In this document: positions 8,332 to 16,484 of the stretch, in pieces
Numbering within the stretch: the first letter of the stretch is position 1
How the letters are laid out: every line of letters starts with the position of its first letter
Source of the DNA: an uncultured virus (IMG/VR IMGVR_UViG_3300027782_000067)
Taxonomy: Duplodnaviria; Heunggongvirae; Uroviricota; Caudoviricetes
Length of the DNA stretch: 20,000 bases
IMG/VR virus record: IMGVR_UViG_3300027782_000067
Reading direction: 5' to 3' (one strand)
Program-made: the position numbers and the translations under genes
Notes under the pieces: generated by a model
The model's database searches: none
Told to the model about the DNA's origin: nothing
Seen by the model: the letters and a program-made list of their open reading frames with translations, nothing else

Positions 8332-8708
8332 TTTTTAAAGTTTAATAAAATACCAACTTCTTGGTTTTTTGTTTCCGTTATCGGTCCCCATTCGCCTTTA
8401 TAGGTAATACCTCTTACTGGTTTATTATCAATCCAAACATATTCTTCATCCTCTAAACATCTTGGTTTATCTGTAATCAAGTCATGAAACTTGAATCCGT
8501 GTCTCCATAACCAAGCAAGAGTGGTCCCTTTATCTTTATACTCTCTAGCGGTAAAAAAAACAATTTTGTTTCCTTCATCGTAAAGTTTATTTATCTCTTC
8601 CTTGGATCCTTCGTATGGTTTTGCAATTGAGTATAGATCACTATCCTCGTTTTTTATGTCATCACATACCGTTCCGTCAATATCAATCAAATAAACTCTT
8701 TTTTTCAT
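8328..8708 (-). CDS. capless HAD-superfamily phosphatase (126 aa)
   Basis: Motif I IDIDGT, motif II FFTAR, motif III DKP, motif IV WIDN; layout resembles the PNK 3'-phosphatase-type HAD. Confidence 0.85.
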   Translation of the reverse strand: MKKRVYLIDIDGTVCDDIKNEDSDLYSIAKPYEGSKEEINKLYDEGNKIVFFTAREYKDKGTTLAWLWRHGFKFHDLITDKPRCLEDEEYVWIDNKPVRGITYKGEWGPITETKNQEVGILLNFKK

Positions 8709-9019
8709 AAACTTAAATTATTCATAAAACTCATATCTAAAATATAATCTTTTAAATTTTTTACTAAAGATTCTGCATCACTTTTTTCATACATACCAGG
8801 GTATCTTTCAGCAAGTTTGTTTGTTTCCTCCATATCACGACAACTATTTAATATATCCTGCAACATAGATTTTAACATATGTTCCTTACTATAATTGTCC
8901 TCAATGTTTTTTTCAAACACCTTACCTTCAAGTTCTTGAGTATATTCTATTAACTCATCAACAGGAGTTAGATCCATTAGATGTTCATTATTTTTGAATA
9001 TTTGTCTTATATTTTTCAT
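8705..9019 (-). CDS. hypothetical helical protein (104 aa)
   Basis: ATGA overlap with the HAD gene. Confidence 0.7.
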   Translation of the reverse strand: MKNIRQIFKNNEHLMDLTPVDELIEYTQELEGKVFEKNIEDNYSKEHMLKSMLQDILNSCRDMEETNKLAERYPGMYEKSDAESLVKNLKDYILDMSFMNNLSL

Positions 9020-9105
9020 TTAAAAAATTTTATAGTTCCCAAATACTTTTTTTTTATTAGGGAATTTATAATAAAACCATAACATTACTTTTAATATCTG
9101 TCTTT

Positions 9106-9456
9106 TCACTTCCAAAGTAGTTGTATTATTAATATCATAAATGATAAAAATAAACAAACGTATGTTTTTGTTGTTAGAGGTTCACTAAATACCGCCCAAC
9201 TTAACCACGTAAATACCATTGCCCCTATACTAAAACCTATTAATCTGGAGGGCCACATTTCACCACCAAACGCAGAAATCATATTTTTTACTGAAAACAT
9301 AAATAACATAGATATTGGTATACCTGTTAATACTGTCAACCAATAGTGATCTTTAATCCAATCAAATTTTAGTTGTCCTTGTAGTTGAAAAAATGTTAGT
9401 ATCTGAGCCAAACCCCCAAAAACAATACCGATTAAAAGATTATTTATATTTACCAT
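9106..9456 (-). CDS. four-TM membrane protein, SMR/DMT-like (116 aa)
   Basis: Four hydrophobic segments; C-terminal F.EPLT..(hydrophobic) pattern typical of the DMT superfamily. Confidence 0.6.
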   Translation of the reverse strand: MVNINNLLIGIVFGGLAQILTFFQLQGQLKFDWIKDHYWLTVLTGIPISMLFMFSVKNMISAFGGEMWPSRLIGFSIGAMVFTWLSWAVFSEPLTTKTYVCLFLSFMILIIQLLWK

Positions 9457-9644
9457 ATTTTAATTACCTCAATTATTCTTTTAAAAAAAGTTTTTAATTT
9501 ATTATTTTTTTTTATTTCTTTTTTTGAAAATCTTCCATGATTACCCATACTATCGTAATCAGCACAATCCATATACGCCATTGGTGACGGCATATCGCTA
9601 TATTCGCACCACAAATCTTCTTTATTTATTTTTTTATTTTTCAT
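9450..9644 (-). CDS. hypothetical protein (64 aa)
   Basis: Coupled overlaps at both ends; WCEYSDMPSP segment. Confidence 0.65.
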   Translation of the reverse strand: MKNKKINKEDLWCEYSDMPSPMAYMDCADYDSMGNHGRFSKKEIKKNNKLKTFFKRIIEVIKIW

Positions 9645-10219
9645 CCTAAGTAGTTTAAAATCTTTTCTTTAACTCCTGATTGTTTAATACCTTCATTTGA
9701 TTTTGGTGTTAATACAAAATTATCAATTGCCCATTCATCCTTCCAAGGCTCCCCAATCTTACCCATATTTAAATCATCTATAGAAACCCAGTGAGTTATT
9801 TCAGGGTGATCGTGAAGATATTGTTTAATTTCAATAGTTCGTAATTGTTCTGACTCCCATCGTGGTGACCACATAAATAAATTACCATGAACCGTACAAT
9901 GTTGTATGTTAGGTGTCAAAGCAATTGGTCGTTTGATAATACCCTGACTTTCGTAGTAATCTCCAAGTTCTTCAAGAGTTGCGTGTAATTTCCAATCTGA
10001 ACTTACAACAATTTCAGCTCCCGTTTCTTCAAGTATCTCATTAAGTACCTTAATAGCCTTTGTGTCAAAATCATCAAAACGATATTCAACAGGTGAGTCT
10101 TTTTTTTCTTTACTACCATCAGGGTTTTCACTACGGTATTTTGCCCATTTCTTAGTTCGTCCACCCCAATTGTTGGAGAGACATATAACTCCGTCGTTGT
10201 CTAAAAATATAACCTTCAT
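9641..10219 (-). CDS. HAD domain protein, Swiss-Army-Knife RNA-repair type (HAD_SAK_2-like, 192 aa)
   Basis: MKVIFLDNDGVI, LNEILEETGAEIVVSSDW, R..EIKQYL..HP...WVSIDD. Confidence 0.8.
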   Translation of the reverse strand: MKVIFLDNDGVICLSNNWGGRTKKWAKYRSENPDGSKEKKDSPVEYRFDDFDTKAIKVLNEILEETGAEIVVSSDWKLHATLEELGDYYESQGIIKRPIALTPNIQHCTVHGNLFMWSPRWESEQLRTIEIKQYLHDHPEITHWVSIDDLNMGKIGEPWKDEWAIDNFVLTPKSNEGIKQSGVKEKILNYLG

Positions 10220-10224
10220 AGATA

Positions 10225-10256
10225 CAAATATAATAAAAAAATTTTGATTTTACAAA
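10225..10256 (-). promoter_or_regulatory. Bacteroidota-type promoter (TTTG-N20-TATATTTG), 5 nt before the ATG
   Basis: caaatata at 10225-10232 and caaa at 10253-10256, in an intergenic gap. Confidence 0.8.
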
Positions 10257-10264
10257 TAAAATAA

Positions 10265-10867
10265 TTACGAATGTTTTTCGTTATAACTTTTTGCCTTTTT
10301 AAAATACTCCTTTGCGGACATTTTAACTATTTTTGGGTATTCGTTTAAATACCAAGATATTACCTGATCTAAAGTTTTAAACTCAATGTCACTCATATCG
10401 TATGTGAATTCAAGATGAAATTCATCTTCTTCAATATAATTATTATCAGGTTCTTTCCAATCACCTCTCGTATAGTATTCAAAACGAAAACTAATTATCA
10501 TTGACCGCCTACTTGAACATAAAAATGGTTGAGCGTATCCATAAGTAGTTTCTACAACCTCAGACCCATTAATAATTGATGTATTCCAATGAAATCCATT
10601 ACCATCATACTCTTCATTTGTTATTTCTATTTCATCAACTTTTAATATTTCTGGTATATCTTTAGTTTGAAAAATGTAATAAAACATTATCTCAGTTAGT
10701 TCTTGACAACTAAAGTTATTTCCATTTTTTGGTTTTAAAAAAATCTTAGCTGCAGATAAAGGTAATTTAAATCCCCTTAATGTTTCATAATAACCAACAT
10801 TATCTGACATTTTAATTAGTTGTTTTGATATATCATTTGCTTGTGATTCATTAAGAATATATTTCAT
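10265..10867 (-). CDS. hypothetical protein (200 aa, MKYILNESQ N-terminus), probably a separate transcription unit
   Basis: Lies between an upstream terminator and a downstream promoter. Confidence 0.75.
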   Translation of the reverse strand: MKYILNESQANDISKQLIKMSDNVGYYETLRGFKLPLSAAKIFLKPKNGNNFSCQELTEIMFYYIFQTKDIPEILKVDEIEITNEEYDGNGFHWNTSIINGSEVVETTYGYAQPFLCSSRRSMIISFRFEYYTRGDWKEPDNNYIEEDEFHLEFTYDMSDIEFKTLDQVISWYLNEYPKIVKMSAKEYFKKAKSYNEKHS

Positions 10868-10890
10868 AACAATAAATATGGTATTAAATT

Positions 10891-10915
10891 AAAAACCCCA
10901 CTTAGATGGAGTTTT
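10891..10915 (-). terminator. rho-independent terminator
   Basis: Minus strand AAAACTCCA-TCTAAG-TGGGGTTTTT, at the stop of 10914..11465. Confidence 0.7.
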
Positions 10916-11465
10916 ATATAACTTCATGGGCTTTTAAAGACCAAGGATCAAAAAAATTATTAACATCACAAACCATAATCTCATTAGTCTTGGCGTTGTA
11001 ATATAAATCACCATTATTTATTGGTTCCAATAATTTTGTCAAATATGTTTTTCCTTGGTATTCAATATATAGTTTTTCGTCTCTATGATTTTCACATAAA
11101 GTATAAACCCAACCTTTAATTCTATTTTGTTCTCCCGGTTCTCCACAAACTTCACAAACAGAAAATGTTTCTTTTTCCGCTTCCACCACAAAGTAAAACC
11201 CATTTTCTGGTAGGTTATCCAAAAATATGCTCATACCGCCAAATTTTTGTTTAACGTTAATAAAACTTTTGTCCCATCCCATTTTTATTAGTACATCAAA
11301 AAGTCTTTGGAGGATCCCTAACCATCCATTTTCAACACCAAATCGTTTTCTTTCTGTTATTGGTTCCAAGTGTGGTTTATGTGAAATTTTTATACCACCA
11401 ATATTTTTCAAAAAGTTTTCAAATTCCTGATCTGTCCTGTGATTATCATTCATTCTTACCCCCAT
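10914..11465 (-). CDS. conserved phage-type protein with Zn finger (start probably at 11453, MNDNH)
   Basis: GW...VKQKFGGMSIF ... CEVCGEPG ... GWVYTLCENH. Confidence 0.75.
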   Translation of the reverse strand: MGVRMNDNHRTDQEFENFLKNIGGIKISHKPHLEPITERKRFGVENGWLGILQRLFDVLIKMGWDKSFINVKQKFGGMSIFLDNLPENGFYFVVEAEKETFSVCEVCGEPGEQNRIKGWVYTLCENHRDEKLYIEYQGKTYLTKLLEPINNGDLYYNAKTNEIMVCDVNNFFDPWSLKAHEVI

Positions 11466-11874
11466 TTTTTCTTTCTATTTTAACCATGGTTAAAGCGTTT
11501 GTCAATATCCAATAATTGTCCCAAAAACCACCTCTATCATCAAGGAATATATTAGCGTATATCTTACCATTTACGCCATATGGTTTATCCCATTCAGGAT
11601 GCATTTTATTTACTCCGTGTACGGTGATCCCAAGTTCTTCAACTTGTTCTTTTGCTTTTTCTAATTGGTATTCACTTCTTGCGGTATTGATTAAAAATAT
11701 AATACCTTCCTTTTGGCATTCCAAAATTAAATCAACCATTTTTTTACAGTTGTCTTTAATTTCTTCATTATAAGGAATAATTGTATCATCAAGATCACAA
11801 CCAATTATAATTTTACCATTTTTTAACCATTCGGTAACTAACCTATTTGTGTAAAAGTTTACGTGATGTCTCAT
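11446..11874 (-). CDS. capless HAD-superfamily hydrolase (142 aa)
   Basis: IIIGCDLDDTI, INTAR, KIYANIFLDDR. Confidence 0.8.
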   Translation of the reverse strand: MRHHVNFYTNRLVTEWLKNGKIIIGCDLDDTIIPYNEEIKDNCKKMVDLILECQKEGIIFLINTARSEYQLEKAKEQVEELGITVHGVNKMHPEWDKPYGVNGKIYANIFLDDRGGFWDNYWILTNALTMVKIERKNGGKNE

Positions 11875-12024
11875 TTAATCAATTTTAATAACGCCCATAA
11901 TTCTTAATTGTGCAAGTAATGCACAACCCCAACCTCCACTGGCAATCCAATTCTCTAATACAATACACATTCCAACGTTTAATACATAAAGTATTGCCAA
12001 AAATGTTTCAATTTTTCTATTCAT
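11875..12024 (-). CDS. small two-TM membrane protein (49 aa, MNRKIETFLAILYVLNVGMCIVLENWIASGGWGCALLAQLRIMGVIKID), not in ORF track
   Basis: Translated by hand; its TAA abuts the HAD ATG; preceded by a promoter-like motif. Confidence 0.65.
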   Translation of the reverse strand: MNRKIETFLAILYVLNVGMCIVLENWIASGGWGCALLAQLRIMGVIKID

Positions 12025-12027
12025 AAT

Positions 12028-12561
12028 TTAAAGATAATGTTTATTTTCTTCGAACCAAAGTTCTTTTATTTTTTTGACCGATATTTTTTCTTTTGTCGTA
12101 TCACAAACCAATTCTTTAATACCAACAGATTCTAATTTTTTATCCCATTCAATACAGGACTCTATATTATCGTAATTAAAATTCCATTCATGTTTGAATA
12201 CTTTACTGTTATTCAATGCCTTTTCTATCGGTAATAAAACATTTAAAGCCTTTAAAGTTTTCTTAAAGTCTTCCACCGATTTCCATTTTTTATGTAAACC
12301 TTTTTTGTGTATATATAAAACAATATTACTCATTCCAATCAGGTGATCATCCGTTTCCTTTTCCATATTCTCAACATGGAATGGTAATTTTGATTTAACC
12401 TCTTTAACGTTATTATCAAATATAATAGGGTTTCTTAACATTGTAGCACAAGTCTCCAAAATTTGATGGTTATCATTAAAGTCCTCAGTTAATGAATCCA
12501 TAACTGACATCAATCTTCTAACACATTGATATCTATTTTCCCATTCTTCTTTAGTCCTCAT
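12028..12561 (-). CDS. hypothetical protein (177 aa)
   Basis: ORF tiling; TDDHLIG segment. Confidence 0.75.
   Translation of the reverse strand: MRTKEEWENRYQCVRRLMSVMDSLTEDFNDNHQILETCATMLRNPIIFDNNVKEVKSKLPFHVENMEKETDDHLIGMSNIVLYIHKKGLHKKWKSVEDFKKTLKALNVLLPIEKALNNSKVFKHEWNFNYDNIESCIEWDKKLESVGIKELVCDTTKEKISVKKIKELWFEENKHYL
12029..12059 (-). promoter_or_regulatory. variant Bacteroidota-type promoter (TTTG-N19-TATCTTTA), 4 nt before the ATG
   Basis: taaagata at 12029-12036 and caaa at 12056-12059; one mismatch, same spacing to ATG as the others. Confidence 0.5.
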
Positions 12562-12757
12562 TTGTATTTTCTATTAATGTTTCTTCCTTTATTAATTTAA
12601 CACTACCCATAGTTTTTGAGTAATATTCTTCAAGATCATAACCACTTTTACCACAGTCACATATTTGCATGTCCCAACGTCTATTTGAGAATGACTCGTG
12701 TTGTGTTTTACATTCACCACATTCCCAAGTTACTTTTTTATATGTATTATTTTTCAT
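12551..12757 (-). CDS. small Zn-ribbon protein (68 aa)
   Basis: CGEC...ES..RWD...CDCG pattern. Confidence 0.75.
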   Translation of the reverse strand: MKNNTYKKVTWECGECKTQHESFSNRRWDMQICDCGKSGYDLEEYYSKTMGSVKLIKEETLIENTNED

Positions 12758-12765
12758 TCTTTATT

Positions 12766-13812
12766 TCAATTATAATCATCATTGTCCTCATTAATATGGT
12801 CAACGATACATTTGGTTAGATATTCTTCCGTTGTTTCTTCTCTTCTAACAATAGTAGGTAAAGGAATAGTTTGTCCTATATGTCTTCTTAATCTTGGTAA
12901 AACTCGTAGTCGTGGTGCAAAGTCTTCCACCTGTGTCGGCATTGGTAATTCATCAACCAATTCTTCTGTTACAGTATCATAACCATTGTATTTTCTAAAA
13001 ATAATTTTTTCCTCTTCCGAAAATAACTTATAGTTAGGTAATGTTGTTGGTAAACTAGTGTCCGCCTCCATTAAAATGATCTTAATAATATTAATTGGTA
13101 GACCTGTTTGGATTGTGTCTATTTGTTTATCTTCTTGATTATACGTTTTAAATACAAGATTTTCATGTGAATCCATGTCGTAAAATTCTTTAACAGGACT
13201 ATGGAATGCAAATTTTCTATTTTCTTTTTTATCAATTAAATAAATTAAAACTCCTCTTGAATGACTGTAGAAATACGATGCGTCATTAACCATTGCAGTA
13301 CACCATTTTGTTTGATACCCGTAAGAACAAGATGCCATATAACTTAATGGTCTAAAAATTAAATAATTCTCGTCCTCAAAAATAATACTAATTTCTTTTT
13401 TTGACTTTTTGAACATGTCTTTATTCTTAGCCTCAAAAAGTTGCATTTCTAACATATCCCAAGAATCGTATTTACTAATGTCTTTTTCATCAACTAATCC
13501 TTTATCCATTAATTTACAAAATTCAACAAATCTTTCCATAGCATCATGACTAAAAAGACTATCACAAACATAATGTCTTATCATATTATTATCAAAATCA
13601 GAACTAGGAATAACTTCATCCAAATGATTATTTTGTAAATTACGTATGTAATTTTCTTTAGTTTCATTATTAAAAATCTCCCTTCTTTTATTTATCATTT
13701 TAACCAAAAATTGAGTATATTTTTTGGTCTTACTTGTATCGAACTTTCCTAACATTTCAACTAATGTCATGTTAAGATAATCATTTTCTTTTTTTAATTG
13801 TTTAATTCCCAT
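12766..13812 (-). CDS. hypothetical protein (348 aa) with ASCSYGYQTKWCT motif (possibly PcfJ-related)
   Basis: IFEDENYLIFRPLSYMASCSYG..TKWCT...YF..GVLIYLIDK; family assignment tentative. Confidence 0.7.
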   Translation of the reverse strand: MGIKQLKKENDYLNMTLVEMLGKFDTSKTKKYTQFLVKMINKRREIFNNETKENYIRNLQNNHLDEVIPSSDFDNNMIRHYVCDSLFSHDAMERFVEFCKLMDKGLVDEKDISKYDSWDMLEMQLFEAKNKDMFKKSKKEISIIFEDENYLIFRPLSYMASCSYGYQTKWCTAMVNDASYFYSHSRGVLIYLIDKKENRKFAFHSPVKEFYDMDSHENLVFKTYNQEDKQIDTIQTGLPINIIKIILMEADTSLPTTLPNYKLFSEEEKIIFRKYNGYDTVTEELVDELPMPTQVEDFAPRLRVLPRLRRHIGQTIPLPTIVRREETTEEYLTKCIVDHINEDNDDYN

Positions 13813-14011
13813 TTTCTTCTTTATTTTCTATTAGACATGAACTAAATATAAAAAATTCAAATATAACAAACAATACCCCACCCCAAAAATATTGGGAGAT
13901 CCACCAATCTATTGGGTTAAATGATTTATTAACTATTACCATGATGGAATACCAAAAAAGGTTTTTTGATAGGAACGGTATTAGATCTAAGTTAAATTTT
14001 TTATTCATCAT
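13802..14011 (-). CDS. small two-TM membrane protein (69 aa)
   Basis: Two aromatic-rich hydrophobic segments flanking SFNPIDW. Confidence 0.7.
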   Translation of the reverse strand: MMNKKFNLDLIPFLSKNLFWYSIMVIVNKSFNPIDWWISQYFWGGVLFVIFEFFIFSSCLIENKEENGN

Positions 14012-14250
14012 CTTAAAACAAAATTATGTATAATGATTAATAACTCCTCTACTCTATCTGTTTTCAGTATAACGGCTCTATCTTCTTTAACCACAATGTC
14101 CATATATCCAAGATCTTCTTTTAATCTGTTTGCTTGGATTTTAATTTCTTTTTTTGCATCATCTTCATTTTTGAAGAATCCAAAGTACGAATCACATTTT
14201 CCTGTTTTATCGCACACACCATAAATGATGTCTCTTGACGGTTGTATCAT
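14008..14250 (-). CDS. hypothetical protein (80 aa)
   Basis: ORF tiling. Confidence 0.7.
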   Translation of the reverse strand: MIQPSRDIIYGVCDKTGKCDSYFGFFKNEDDAKKEIKIQANRLKEDLGYMDIVVKEDRAVILKTDRVEELLIIIHNFVLR

Positions 14251-14283
14251 AATTGTTTATTTATATATTTTTATAAAGTTAAT

Positions 14284-14313
14284 AAAAAAAGGTGACTCTT
14301 AGTGAGAGTCACC
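14284..14313 (-). terminator. rho-independent terminator after the RNA ligase
   Basis: Perfect 9-bp inverted repeat ggtgactct/agagtcacc (14291-14313), followed by T7 on the minus strand. Confidence 0.85.
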
Positions 14314-15426
14314 AACATTATTTTTTTCACCGTATATTAAGTAGTCGGGATTTATCACTTTGGATACTTTTCTACGATCACCAGTTACTGATTTAACCAC
14401 TATACCTTCGTGTGGTACTTTGGTACCTTCTATGTTATTATTGAACACAAACTTATCTTGTTCCTCCTTATTCCAATTACCTTGGTATAATAATTCTACT
14501 TGTGGTAATTGTAGGCAATCAAAGTGTATAGTTTCATTTATGTATGGTTGGTATTCACCATCAACTTCAACATCAAACCCAACAAACTTAACATCAGTTA
14601 AACCGTATTCATAGTTTTTTTGTATTCCCGCTCCGTATATCTCACCGTATATAACAACACCTTCAGTTAACATAGATGGTTCGTAAGTATCCTTTACGTG
14701 GTCCCATAACTTACCTCTTATGTCGTAAGTGTTAGCCACAGTTTTCCACACATCGGTATCATAGAAACCTTGAGAGTCAGATCCTTTTTCAACGTTATGG
14801 GATCCATAAACATACTCAAATGCCACCCACTCATTTCCAAAAAACATTTTAACTCGGTCCCACAAAGAAAGTGTTTTCTTTCTAACTATCCCGTAACGAG
14901 CATTGGTTCCGTGTAACTTACGAGTTATAACAACCTCATCTTCCTCACTGAACATATCAGGTACGTTCTTTTGATTAGGAAACTTGTAGTAAACTTTGAA
15001 GTTAGGATTTTGGTGGTATTTTACTTTACGTCCACCTACACTTAACTGTATAGTTTTTACAGGTGGTTCATACTTATGTATTCCCATTTTTTCCATTAAG
15101 TCCATCCCCACATAATATACATCTCCAAAACCTGGTATGTATTTGTTAGGTATTAAAAGACATTCAGAATAAACCCCACGAAGTTTTACAGTCCTAACTC
15201 TTTGACCTTTACGTAAATAATTAGTAACACCCAATTTATCTGATAATTCTTTTGGTATTACCGCATCAGTAGTTGCAACAACTACAAGATCATCAACCTT
15301 ATATTCACCTTTTTTAGTTATGGCATTCCAACCACCAACAGTTACTAATTCTATGTTGTCGGCACCTGGTATTTCAGATACTGAACCTATTACCCCTACG
15401 TATGATACACTATTTTGATTTTCCAT
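14299..15426 (-). CDS. ATP-dependent RNA ligase, DRB0094/Rnl2-like, with N-terminal OB-like domain (375 aa)
   Basis: N-terminal IPGADNIE..VGGW..ITKKGEYK..D..IP..RVRTVKLRGVYSE; nucleotidyltransferase motifs I (KLHGTN), III (IYGEIYG), IIIa (FVGFDV), IV (EGIVVK), V (KVINPDYL). Confidence 0.92.
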   Translation of the reverse strand: MENQNSVSYVGVIGSVSEIPGADNIELVTVGGWNAITKKGEYKVDDLVVVATTDAVIPKELSDKLGVTNYLRKGQRVRTVKLRGVYSECLLIPNKYIPGFGDVYYVGMDLMEKMGIHKYEPPVKTIQLSVGGRKVKYHQNPNFKVYYKFPNQKNVPDMFSEEDEVVITRKLHGTNARYGIVRKKTLSLWDRVKMFFGNEWVAFEYVYGSHNVEKGSDSQGFYDTDVWKTVANTYDIRGKLWDHVKDTYEPSMLTEGVVIYGEIYGAGIQKNYEYGLTDVKFVGFDVEVDGEYQPYINETIHFDCLQLPQVELLYQGNWNKEEQDKFVFNNNIEGTKVPHEGIVVKSVTGDRRKVSKVINPDYLIYGEKNNVGDSH

Positions 15427-15428
15427 AT

Positions 15429-15689
15429 TTATATATTTTCAAATTCTTTGTTCACTAACTTTATTTCCTCATTTATTCTCTCAAGTTCTTTAGACAACAT
15501 CTCCCTAATTGATCCTGTGTTATAAATATTAACTTCACCTTTACTTCGGAATTCTCCACCTTTTGAGTATGCAATTGTTGCCCCTAAAGAACAAGATTTA
15601 AGTGCATATTCTAATTTAGATTTTTGTGTTTCCAACCTATCAAGTGTTTCTTTTATTTTTTTTGCTTGTTCAAATTTTTCTAATTCCAT
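15429..15689 (-). CDS. hypothetical coiled-coil protein (86 aa)
   Basis: ORF between a promoter motif and the RNA ligase. Confidence 0.7.
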   Translation of the reverse strand: MELEKFEQAKKIKETLDRLETQKSKLEYALKSCSLGATIAYSKGGEFRSKGEVNIYNTGSIREMLSKELERINEEIKLVNKEFENI

Positions 15690-15693
15690 AATA

Positions 15694-15701
15694 CAAAGGT
15701 A
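15694..15701 (-). promoter_or_regulatory. Bacteroidota -7 element (TACCTTTG), 4 nt before the ATG
   Basis: caaaggta in an intergenic gap; no clear -33 TTTG. Confidence 0.6.
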
Positions 15702-15713
15702 TAAATTATTTTT

Positions 15714-16238
15714 TTAATTATCACCATCTTCTTCAAGATAATTTATCTTCATAGATCTTGGTTCAGTAAAATCCCACTTCTTACTTTCAAACTCTGTAAC
15801 CCATTCACTAACATCTTCTCTTGTCCAATGTGGAGCAAAAGAAGGACGGTACTTAAATGGTAAATTTTTACTTTCATCCCATTCATCAAGTCGTTTTGTT
15901 ACATCTTCAATAAGGTTTTTAGTCTTAGTATGTTTAATCCACTCTCTGTAATCATCCTCGGATTTAATAAACATAACGTCACCATAATTTTCAAACTCCA
16001 TCTCAGGAAATTCCAAATTTGGGTTGTTAGTATAAACATCAACAATACCATTGTCTCCGTAATATGAATCACAAAGTTCTTTCAAACCATATAAACTACT
16101 TGGGTTTTCTTCCCATACACTACCGAACTGACGGACAGAACAGATATACAAATACCCATCTGTGTAGGAATGTATTCTTCCTTGTATCTCATTTCTTAAT
16201 GAAATAAGTTCGTCCATTGTTAATTTGTCTAAATTCAT
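15714..16238 (-). CDS. hypothetical protein (174 aa)
   Basis: ORF tiling. Confidence 0.75.
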   Translation of the reverse strand: MNLDKLTMDELISLRNEIQGRIHSYTDGYLYICSVRQFGSVWEENPSSLYGLKELCDSYYGDNGIVDVYTNNPNLEFPEMEFENYGDVMFIKSEDDYREWIKHTKTKNLIEDVTKRLDEWDESKNLPFKYRPSFAPHWTREDVSEWVTEFESKKWDFTEPRSMKINYLEEDGDN

Positions 16239-16483
16239 ATTGTTCGTGTACTGTTTGCGTTTTTAATCATTTTAATTTTTACAATAATTTCTTCTGGGGT
16301 TTCTTTAACTTTAAAATCACTTTTATCATTAACCACTAAACCTATCCAAGTATGTTTCATCTCGATTGGTTTACCCTCAAACCAATCATCACTTTGTTTT
16401 CCTTCATAGAAATATCCGATTTGATTCACATTAATGTAAATCGGTTTATCGTCTTTATATGATGTTAATTTAATTAGTTTCAT
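16235..16483 (-). CDS. FlbD-like small protein (82 aa)
   Basis: MKLIKLT....PIYINVNQI ... T.I ... FKVKETPEEII resembles the FlbD pattern MIKLT..NG....LN...I...VKES.EEV. Confidence 0.55.
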   Translation of the reverse strand: MKLIKLTSYKDDKPIYINVNQIGYFYEGKQSDDWFEGKPIEMKHTWIGLVVNDKSDFKVKETPEEIIVKIKMIKNANSTRTI

Positions 16484-16484
16484 A

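Noticed and set aside
9031..9070. Imperfect hairpin (TTCCC.AATA ... TATT.GGGAA) in the 86-nt gap
   Set aside because: Weak AT-rich stem with a mismatch and a large loop; cannot be called a terminator or ncRNA
14258..14265. T4 late-promoter-like TATAAATA upstream of 14008..14250 (also near 15426)
   Set aside because: Several such A/T-only 8-mers are expected by chance in DNA this AT-rich; no supporting late genes
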